DNA of 59,485 nucleotides from a virus: IMG/VR virus record IMGVR_UViG_3300000838_000001; one strand, 5' to 3'. Shown piece by piece: positions 52,064 to 59,485 of this stretch (position 1 is its first letter; each line of letters starts with the position of its first letter). The notes under the pieces were generated by a model. It saw only the letters and a program-made list of their open reading frames with translations, ran no database searches and was not told where the DNA came from. The position numbers and the translations under genes were made by a program.

Positions 52064-52564
52064 CTAAATATTCCCTCCAAATTTTAATTTATTATTTTCT
52101 AATCTTTTTTTCCTTAAACAATCCTTACAATATGGATGTAATAAATCACTACTATCTTTCTTACTATTAAAGTTATCAGATGTTTTATTTTCGTTACAAA
52201 CTATACATGTTTTATGTTTAGCACGTTTCTTATATTTTATTTTTTTTTCTAATAAATACGAGTCCCTTAATTTTTTACAAATCTTACAAGAACTATGATA
52301 TTTTATATCACCATTAACTTTCTTTCCATTTTTACTAAAATTTGTTATAGGTAAGATATCGTTGCATATTGAACAACGTTTATAACCATCTGGTATAGTT
52401 TCAACTACTTTTTTAATTCCTAATTTAAAACATCTTGACCTAACAGCACCCTCAGACCTGTTTAATTCTAAGGCTAATTCAGATAATTTAAAATCTGGGT
52501 TATTATAATATTTTATAAGAAAATCATCCTCAACATTTGTCCATACTTTATCTTTAAATTTCAT
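52064..52564 (-). CDS. Myb/SANT-like HTH protein with two CxxC...CKxC zinc-ribbon repeats
   Basis: WTNVEDDFLIKYY..LSELALELNRSEGAVRSRC, then CSICN..CKICK and CIVCN..CKDC. Confidence 0.6.
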   Translation of the reverse strand: MKFKDKVWTNVEDDFLIKYYNNPDFKLSELALELNRSEGAVRSRCFKLGIKKVVETIPDGYKRCSICNDILPITNFSKNGKKVNGDIKYHSSCKICKKLRDSYLLEKKIKYKKRAKHKTCIVCNENKTSDNFNSKKDSSDLLHPYCKDCLRKKRLENNKLKFGGNI

Positions 52565-52666
52565 TTATTTAATCCTCTCTATTTTATTGATAAAAACAAT
52601 ATAACATATTCCTGTTATTTATGTCTATAAAAAGTTCTAATAAAGTTTAAAATAAACGTTACATAT

Positions 52667-52709
52667 TTAAATAAAAAAAGACTATTATAACCCTATTTAA
52701 AGGTATTAT
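52667..52709. terminator. Bidirectional terminator after the endolysin gene
   Basis: 14-bp stem AAAGACTATTATAA / TTATAATAGTCTTT flanked by A and T runs. Confidence 0.7.
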
Positions 52710-52747
52710 AATAGTCTTTTTTTTATTTAAAACTAAAGCTAGGATAA

Positions 52748-53617
52748 TTATTTAATACTATTTACATTAATCCATCCTGTTATTTGATTAGCTTTTCCAA
52801 CGTTAGATAATGAGTTAGTAATACGAATTCTTTCATTAACTATTTTATCATTCCATATCCAAAACCCTCCTGTAATATTTCTAGTTTTTGTTTTAGCATC
52901 TGAACTAGCATATAAAGGAGAATTATCAAGACCTATTTTAAGCCCTTTATAAATTTTTTCATTATCTAAAGAAACTCTTAACTTATCACCTATTTTAATA
53001 TTTGTAGAACTTCCCTTGTCATTTATGATTTGTAAATCTTTTACAGTTATATTATACATCTTTGATAACGAATATAAAGTGTCACCTTTTACAACTTTAT
53101 GTATTTCATTATTAATCATTTGGTTAATCGTTTGATTTACATTAGTATTATTATTTTTATTATTAACTTCTTCTAACATTTTTGTAAAAGGGAAATATCT
53201 TCCAGGACATGCTGTTGCCCTATAATCTTTATGTTGCTTTACAGTTAAATTTTTATGGTAATGTGATTTTACATATTTAATTAATTCTACACCTGATTTA
53301 AATTGTTCATCTGGCATTGATTTAAGTTCTTCATATTTCCCCTCAAAAGCTATCCCAATTGTATTATGATTATTATTTAAAGTATGAATTCCAAATGTAT
53401 CAATACCTCTAGACCACTCTATTACACCATTAAATCTTACTATAAAGTGGTACCCAATACCCTCCCAACCTTGTTTTAAATGCCATTGATGGACTTCTTT
53501 TATTCCAGCATTATTAGCATCAAGATGGTGTAAAACTATTCCTATTGTATCTTTACGATTAGTTAATTTGTTATTAAACTTTACGTCTATTTTTGTTAAG
53601 TTTATTTTATTTGACAT
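52748..53617 (-). CDS. Endolysin: N-acetylmuramoyl-L-alanine amidase plus LysM plus a C-terminal binding domain
   Basis: Amidase_2/PGRP-like GIVLHH, GIGYHF and ATACPG. LysM segment VVKGDTLYSLSKMYNITVKDL. Confidence 0.85.
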   Translation of the reverse strand: MSNKINLTKIDVKFNNKLTNRKDTIGIVLHHLDANNAGIKEVHQWHLKQGWEGIGYHFIVRFNGVIEWSRGIDTFGIHTLNNNHNTIGIAFEGKYEELKSMPDEQFKSGVELIKYVKSHYHKNLTVKQHKDYRATACPGRYFPFTKMLEEVNNKNNNTNVNQTINQMINNEIHKVVKGDTLYSLSKMYNITVKDLQIINDKGSSTNIKIGDKLRVSLDNEKIYKGLKIGLDNSPLYASSDAKTKTRNITGGFWIWNDKIVNERIRITNSLSNVGKANQITGWINVNSIK

Positions 53618-53628
53618 ATTTTTTCTCC

Positions 53629-53665
53629 TTACAAAAAAAGCACTAATACATTACAATAAAGTTTT
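53629..53665 (-). terminator. Terminator-like hairpin between the holin and endolysin genes
   Basis: AGCACUA...UAGUGCU stem followed by U7, then the endolysin SD. Confidence 0.45.
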
Positions 53666-53719
53666 GTATAGTGCTTTTTTATTTATATTTTTAAATGTAA
53701 AACAAATTGTAAATTAAAT

Positions 53720-54106
53720 CTATTTAGGAATTTTACCTTTATCTATTTCTTCTCTAATTTGTAATAATCTATCTTTGATAAAGGCTGGAATCCAAATACC
53801 TATTGCATCTAAATTTTCTAAAATACTAATTAAATATCCAATACCTAAAACATAAATGGAAGCTGTTGCTACCCAACTAAATCCTAATAGAGTAGCATAA
53901 ACATAAATATTTGTAATTAAAAAGAAGTTCAAAGTATGTTTTACCATTCCTTGTAATCCCTTTTGGCTATTTAATATTTTATTAATATAAGCCTTTGTAT
54001 ACCCTGTTAGGATATCAAATATTATAAGTAATACTACAATATGGAAATAAATATTATTGGAAAGATTTAAATAGGTATATAAAATAATATGCCAGTCAAT
54101 AATCAT
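53720..54106 (-). CDS. Holin (TcdE / phage_holin_4 type)
   Basis: Multiple TM segments. FDILTGYTKAY motif. Immediately upstream of the endolysin. Confidence 0.8.
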   Translation of the reverse strand: MIIDWHIILYTYLNLSNNIYFHIVVLLIIFDILTGYTKAYINKILNSQKGLQGMVKHTLNFFLITNIYVYATLLGFSWVATASIYVLGIGYLISILENLDAIGIWIPAFIKDRLLQIREEIDKGKIPK

Positions 54107-54118
54107 TTAAACCACCTC

Positions 54119-54712
54119 TCAGATTAAGCTACTTAAAGTATTCCATGATACAGCCTTTACCTCAGTACTTGTTGTTAAATTTTCCATATAAGGGATTAAA
54201 ATATTGTTAAATAAATTCATTTGTCCCTCTATAAAAGAAACTGTTTGAGTTAAAATACTGTCAATATTATCTGTAGTAATTTGTAGTGTAGTATCATTTC
54301 CATTAACTGAGGCATTAATAAAAGAACTTGTAGTAAGACCTTTTTCAAATAAATTAAATATTGATTGTAAATAATTTTTATTAAACTCATTATACTTTAT
54401 TTTATAACTTATTTCATTATCAACCAAAATAAAGTTATTTTCAATATTTTCTAATAATTGGCTATAAAGAAAGGCTTTAGCATTAATCTTATCGTATTCT
54501 AATCTTAATGAAGCATCCTTTACCATGTTAGTCCCATCAAAAGTAAACGCAAAATCTCCAGAAAATATTTCCTCTAGAGAATCTACGTCTATATTTCCAA
54601 TAGGGACAATATAAGGAATAAATCCATCAACCGCTATTTCCATATCACTTAAATAAGCAATATTATTATCTGAATCAGTAAGTATATAAATTTGTTCTAA
54701 AGTTTCATCCAT
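54119..54712 (-). CDS. Hypothetical tail-fibre-associated protein
   Basis: 197 aa directly downstream of the fibre gene. Confidence 0.55.
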   Translation of the reverse strand: MDETLEQIYILTDSDNNIAYLSDMEIAVDGFIPYIVPIGNIDVDSLEEIFSGDFAFTFDGTNMVKDASLRLEYDKINAKAFLYSQLLENIENNFILVDNEISYKIKYNEFNKNYLQSIFNLFEKGLTTSSFINASVNGNDTTLQITTDNIDSILTQTVSFIEGQMNLFNNILIPYMENLTTSTEVKAVSWNTLSSLI

Positions 54713-54727
54713 AAAAATTCCTCCTGT

Positions 54728-57700
54728 TTAAGATTGCCAGAATGCTATCCATCTAATACTTGTAGAAACTGCATTTGTTCGCCTAACATTTAACTGAAAC
54801 CCTGTTGCTGTAATAGCAGATGGTGCAACCCCTGTAACTTCTGTTCCTGGAACTGTTGTAGTAGCAAATGGTAAAACATTTACATTAGCCCCTCCACCCA
54901 TCTCTTTAGGAAATGTTACTGCTACATTTGAAGCCCCATTATTTGCTGAGGGTGTCATATCTAAATTTCCTCTGCAAGTTCTTAAATCACCTCTGCTCCA
55001 AACAGCTTGACTATTTACTGTTAAATTCCTAGTAACAGCTAAATCATTATTAACAGTAGCATTTTGATAAACTTCTAAATTTTCTGTTGTAGCTCTATCA
55101 GAACAATATAATGACTTTGTACCAATATAATTATCAGCGACTAGTTCATAAACTCCATTAATATTTCCTGTTGTATTAATTGTTATGGTTTTACTACCAA
55201 CATTTATAGCTAAGTTTGAACCCGAAGTTGCTGTAATAGTTTTAGTAGTTAATATTCCACCAACTATTGAATTTCCATTTACAGTAAGATTTCCAGTAAT
55301 TGTTCCACCAGCTAAAGGTAAGGCTCCTATTTCTGCTAGACTCCATGAAATATTTGCTGAACCGTTTACAGATTTTCCAGTATTTCCTATAGTTAATGTT
55401 CTAGCAGTTCCCCAATTTGCTGTAGTAATATTTGCTGAACCATTAAATGAAGTTCCATTAATCGTTCTAGCTGTTGCTAAAGTTGTTGATGTAGTTGCAT
55501 TTCCGGATAAAGTTCCTGAAAAAGTGGTAGCTGTAACTGTAGCTAATCCTGTTACGTTTCCATTTGCTAAAAATCTTATTTCACGTCTATCAGCGATAGT
55601 TTGACAATTTACATATATACTAGCATAAGTATCTGAACTTAAAAATAATGATTCTGTGCCATTAGCTATTCCTAATGCATTTTTTAAATTAGCGGGTGAT
55701 TCTCCAGAACCCATATAAATACTTCCACCAGACTGAATAACAAAAGCATCTCCATTAGCATCTCCAGCGTGCACCTGTATAAAAGATGTTGCACCAGAAC
55801 CACTTTTAAATGTTAAGGCCTTAGTCCCAACTGTACCATCACCTAATGTAATAGCATTTCCAATAACATTTGGAGAAGTTACTAATCCAGTTGTTGTAAT
55901 ATTCCCATTAGCTTCTACGTTACCGTTTGCACTTACCCTAAATTGACCTGTTGAACTTTCATCACTTACTGGACGTAAAAACACATCACCACCAGAACCA
56001 GCAACTACAAAACTTCCTGAGTTATTTGCTCTTAAACTTCCTGTTGTTGTTCCACTAGCCGTTTGAAAAGATAACATAGGATTATTATTGCCCTTAATAA
56101 AGGTACCTTTATCTGGAAGTGTAACATTTCCTGTATAAGTATTATTACCAGTCCATGTATTATTTGCACTTAAGCTTACTCCAGCATTATTGATTAATGT
56201 TGTAATATTAGTTCCATTTAATTGTAAAGTTCCCGTAAAGTTATTTGTTCCACTTAGGGTATTATTTCCAGATATATTTGCCTTAGCATTTAACAAAGTT
56301 CCAATATTTGTTATGTCAGTACCATTTACTAATGTAGTTCCACCAAAACTTGTTTGACCTGTAAAGGAATTACTTCCAGTGAAATTATTAGTAGTCGTTA
56401 ATCCAGATTTTGTTGCAATAGATATATTAATAGCGGTTAAGTCTACATCATTTAGAACGGTTCTCCAAGGTTGCCAAGATGTACTTCCAGCGTCTGTTAC
56501 ATTAGATGTTCCCCTATAGTGTAGTTGTCCTGTGTTATAACCACCATATATTTGTAAAGCAGTATCAGCATTATTTAAACCACGTGCGACAATTAAATTT
56601 CCATAGTTACTAGGTGCATTTGGTGCTGAACCTCCTATTCTATAAAACCCAGCTGTAACAATCTTATCTAAATCCTCATTTGTAGAAGCGTATATTCCAG
56701 CTTTATTATCAAGTAAAGTTTGCATATTACTTCCATTAAGTTGTAAACCACCCGTAAAGTTATTTAATCCGTTAAATGTATTAGGTCTATTAATCATAGC
56801 AATATTATCAATTTCACCTGTAATAAAATCTGTGGCTAAGTCAATAATAATTTGATCTACTCTATCCTCAAAAGGCTGTGTCTCAATAAAATCTAATTGA
56901 GCTTGTGCAACATATGCTTCCATAGATTCTTGTGAAACTACAACGGTTAATTGTCCTAACAATTGGTCAACTCTATCTCTTAAACCCTCATACTCAGTTT
57001 CACTAGTACCTAAAAATGTTTGGAATTGTAACGTAAATGAGTCTGTTAACTCTTGTAGATCAGTTCCACCTTGTGCTAAGAAAGACGCTAATTGTGCTGA
57101 GGTGCTTGATATTAAATCTGCTACATCTCCACTAGCTTCATTTATCATTGTATTAACGTTAAATTTACCAATATTAATAGCTGAATCAATATCATATTCT
57201 GCTTGCGATATCATTGCACTAATTGAAATATTACCATTTGTAATAAAACTAGATACGTCATTTTGTGCATTAGTTACTGTTGTATTAATAGAGTTTGTAC
57301 TATTTGTTATTAAAGTAGTTATATCATTATTTGCTTGTGTTATAGTATTATTAATATTATTATTAGCTTGTAAAATTGTAGCATCAATGTCAGATTTAGC
57401 TTGTATAATCATTTGGCGGATATCGTAGTCTGAATCTTGTAACAGTGTTTCAAACTTATCATTATACTCAGCTAGTAAATCATCTAAGTTGCCAATTTTA
57501 TTATCAACTATTGCTCGAAGCTCGTCAGCTAAATCTTCAAATTTTCTTACATAAAACGGTTCAAGCTCTGGAAAAATTTGGTCTATTTTTGATGTGCTAA
57601 ATCTTGTCTGATATGCTCCAGCATCCATTGTCTGGTTATTTAAAAAATCTATATAAACATAAACAAATAAATTATTATCATACTCATAAAACCATGATGG

Positions 57701-57967
57701 TAATATTAATTCAACTACCCCATTTTCTAAGTCTATAAAAGTGGCTTCCTCAATTCTTCTAACCTCGATTAAATCAAAATCAAATAAGAATTTTACCGAC
57801 TTAACCTCATTTAAATCTAATGGGTTCCCGTCAAGTTGTAAATTAACAATATTTTTAGCACTTTCATAATCATAAGTAAAAAATTCTGTTTGAGTATTTT
57901 GAATAACCCTTGTAGAAGAACTAATATTTAACGTTAATTCTCTACTTTTAAAAACTGGTAAAGTCAT
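54728..57967 (-). CDS. Tail fibre / receptor-binding protein
   Basis: 1079 aa. Coiled-coil repeats (NNINNTITQANNDITTLI...) followed by Gly/Asn/Thr-rich beta-repeats (NNFTG...). Confidence 0.75.
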   Translation of the reverse strand: MTLPVFKSRELTLNISSSTRVIQNTQTEFFTYDYESAKNIVNLQLDGNPLDLNEVKSVKFLFDFDLIEVRRIEEATFIDLENGVVELILPSWFYEYDNNLFVYVYIDFLNNQTMDAGAYQTRFSTSKIDQIFPELEPFYVRKFEDLADELRAIVDNKIGNLDDLLAEYNDKFETLLQDSDYDIRQMIIQAKSDIDATILQANNNINNTITQANNDITTLITNSTNSINTTVTNAQNDVSSFITNGNISISAMISQAEYDIDSAINIGKFNVNTMINEASGDVADLISSTSAQLASFLAQGGTDLQELTDSFTLQFQTFLGTSETEYEGLRDRVDQLLGQLTVVVSQESMEAYVAQAQLDFIETQPFEDRVDQIIIDLATDFITGEIDNIAMINRPNTFNGLNNFTGGLQLNGSNMQTLLDNKAGIYASTNEDLDKIVTAGFYRIGGSAPNAPSNYGNLIVARGLNNADTALQIYGGYNTGQLHYRGTSNVTDAGSTSWQPWRTVLNDVDLTAINISIATKSGLTTTNNFTGSNSFTGQTSFGGTTLVNGTDITNIGTLLNAKANISGNNTLSGTNNFTGTLQLNGTNITTLINNAGVSLSANNTWTGNNTYTGNVTLPDKGTFIKGNNNPMLSFQTASGTTTGSLRANNSGSFVVAGSGGDVFLRPVSDESSTGQFRVSANGNVEANGNITTTGLVTSPNVIGNAITLGDGTVGTKALTFKSGSGATSFIQVHAGDANGDAFVIQSGGSIYMGSGESPANLKNALGIANGTESLFLSSDTYASIYVNCQTIADRREIRFLANGNVTGLATVTATTFSGTLSGNATTSTTLATARTINGTSFNGSANITTANWGTARTLTIGNTGKSVNGSANISWSLAEIGALPLAGGTITGNLTVNGNSIVGGILTTKTITATSGSNLAINVGSKTITINTTGNINGVYELVADNYIGTKSLYCSDRATTENLEVYQNATVNNDLAVTRNLTVNSQAVWSRGDLRTCRGNLDMTPSANNGASNVAVTFPKEMGGGANVNVLPFATTTVPGTEVTGVAPSAITATGFQLNVRRTNAVSTSIRWIAFWQS

Positions 57968-57989
57968 TCTACCACCCCTCTTTTAAATT

Positions 57990-58157
57990 TTATTTTTCTT
58001 CATCTTTTTTAGAAATGCTTTGTAAAATATTATTTAGTCGTTCTATTTCAACCGCTAAAATAACTTTATCAGCTTCTAAAATACCAACTTTGTTAGCTAA
58101 AATATTAATAACTTTATCGTTTTGTTCCTGTAAGGTTAGTTGTCCATTATTTTCCAT
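57990..58157 (-). CDS. Small coiled-coil protein (55 aa, not in the ORF track)
   Basis: ATG 58157 follows GGAGGAATTTAAATA. The stop lies 22 nt before the fibre gene start. Confidence 0.55.
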   Translation of the reverse strand: MENNGQLTLQEQNDKVINILANKVGILEADKVILAVEIERLNNILQSISKKDEEK

Positions 58158-58175
58158 TATTTAAATTCCTCCATT

Positions 58176-58463
58176 TTATAGTCCTAATAAAGTTTGTAGT
58201 CTTGCTATAGCTAATGTTTGTAAAGCATCCTCTGAAAAAGGTGTTGAATTATCGAGTTCTACAATAACATTAGCACTAAAAAATTCACTTGTTTCAGAAG
58301 CATCATAAAACACTTTCTGAACATAACTAGTTGATGTGTTTGGTGTAATATCTCCATTAGCATCTAATGTAACTATCCCATCTAATTGAGTATAAGCACC
58401 AAATGCTAAGGTATCTTTTGTATCATATATTGAGCTATCATAAGCTACAGTTGAATTTGGCAT
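58176..58463 (-). CDS. Hypothetical structural-module protein
   Basis: 95 aa. SD GGAGGTAA upstream. Confidence 0.6.
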   Translation of the reverse strand: MPNSTVAYDSSIYDTKDTLAFGAYTQLDGIVTLDANGDITPNTSTSYVQKVFYDASETSEFFSANVIVELDNSTPFSEDALQTLAIARLQTLLGL

Positions 58464-58492
58464 AAATTACCTCCATTATAAAAGGTGTTTAA

Positions 58493-59485
58493 TTAAACAT
58501 TTAACCAAACACCATTTCTTAATATTTGTAAATCATTATCACTAATAAATATCCCATTTGTTGGGTTACTACTATCATTACAAATTAATGTTCCTAAACC
58601 ATTTCCATTATCTAAAGCCACTAGACTTATTTTAGAATCTGTTATATAATTATTAGTAAATATATCTCTTACTGCTAGTGGTTTATTATAATTAACTCTA
58701 CCCTCTCCAGTAAAAGTAACATCTCCAAAAATATCGGTTACTTCAAAACTAGCTGAGGATTGTATGCTTAAATAATAAACTAAAGTTCTATTCTCGTTTC
58801 CAAAACATCTAACCCTAGCTCCATAAGCACTAGATGTACTACTTCTTGCTGAAATTTGAGCATAGTAACTTCCATTAGCACCCATAGCGATTCCATTAAC
58901 CTGTGTTTCATCATTTGCATCACGTAATCTTACAAATTCACCTACTAAAGCTCCACTAGAATGAGGGTCAAACATTACAGTTCCACGACTATTGTAAGAA
59001 ACACGTCTTGTAACAGAACCAGTTCCATTAGAGTTTCTAGCAGAACTATCCATACGACCAGCTGTAAGAGTTAGTTGTTGAAATGTTGAAACATCATTAC
59101 CAACGGCTTCTGATTGACCAGTTGTCTGAAATGTTGAACCTGTAATTGCAGAACCAGCTATGTTAATAGCACTTAAAGCTCCTGTTGAAATATTAGAAGC
59201 ATTTAAATTAATAACATTTATTTTTGATGCGTCTAATGTACCAAATAAAGCTGTGGAAGCATTTACTGAATTTGCTGATAAACAATCTGCTGTAATTGAC
59301 CCTGAAACAATATTAGAAGCTGTTATACTATTTGCACTTAATTGAGTAGCTGTTACACTATTTGCACCCAATTCGTTAGCAGTAATAGTTCCTGTTTTTA
59401 TTTCATTAGCGGTAATTGTCCCACTTGCTATTTGTAAAGCAGTTATAGTTCCTGTAGCTATTTCATTAGCAGTAATAGTTCCTGT
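58493..59485 (-). CDS. Tal protein, C-terminal part (continuation of 1-1989 across the circular junction)
   Basis: The frame is open from 59485 to the stop at 58493. With the 75-nt overlap removed, the joined ORF is 2907 nt (968 aa), exactly in frame. Confidence 0.8.
   Translation of the reverse strand, partial: TGTITANEIATGTITALQIASGTITANEIKTGTITANELGANSVTATQLSANSITASNIVSGSITADCLSANSVNASTALFGTLDASKINVINLNASNISTGALSAINIAGSAITGSTFQTTGQSEAVGNDVSTFQQLTLTAGRMDSSARNSNGTGSVTRRVSYNSRGTVMFDPHSSGALVGEFVRLRDANDETQVNGIAMGANGSYYAQISARSSTSSAYGARVRCFGNENRTLVYYLSIQSSASFEVTDIFGDVTFTGEGRVNYNKPLAVRDIFTNNYITDSKISLVALDNGNGLGTLICNDSSNPTNGIFISDNDLQILRNGVWLNV
59411..59485. repeat. Terminal overlap identical to 1-75 (and to 121-195)
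   Basis: Exact 75-nt identity read directly from the sequence. Confidence 0.95.

Overview
The window is essentially one complete tailed-phage genome of about 59.4 kb. It is very AT-rich (by eye well under 35% G+C). The first 75 nt are identical to the last 75 nt, and a large tail gene reads in frame across that junction, so the contig is circularly closed or permuted.

Layout:
(i) A minus-strand late operon runs terS, terL, portal, MuF-like protein, scaffold, capsid, connectors, tail tube, chaperone (with -1 frameshift), tape measure, Dit, Tal. It continues across the junction to a 1079-aa fibre, a TcdE-type holin and an amidase/LysM endolysin (14631 down to 1, then 59485 down to 52748).
(ii) A plasmid-like maintenance/lysogeny block (16083-22516) carries ParM/ParR with parC-like repeats, a tyrosine recombinase and regulators.
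(iii) Two ORF-free, repeat-rich regions (22.5-24.5 kb and 27.15-28.5 kb) flank six small minus-strand genes. Five of these carry a near-identical promoter and all six share a leader cassette. An AbrB-like gene faces them.
(iv) A long minus-strand replication and nucleotide-metabolism operon (47792 down to 28482) encodes DnaB- and DnaC-like proteins, a PD-(D/E)XK nuclease, RuvC, ThyX, FolD, thymidine kinase, dNMP kinase and an SPFH protein. Its family-A DNA polymerase is split by a group I intron that carries an HNH endonuclease.
(v) A plus-strand block carries a primase and a sigma factor.

The most notable unexplained items are:
- a 1.45-kb ORF-free interval between terS and parR, containing a G+C-enriched ~0.5-kb candidate structured RNA bracketed by terminators and a convergent-promoter antisense pair;
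- recurrent ATT start codons behind strong Shine-Dalgarno (SD) sites, including one gene that is missing from the ORF track;
- several families of intergenic repeats and very long perfect palindromes.

The host is probably a low-GC Firmicute (Clostridium-like). All functional calls come from motif recognition by eye; no database search was run.
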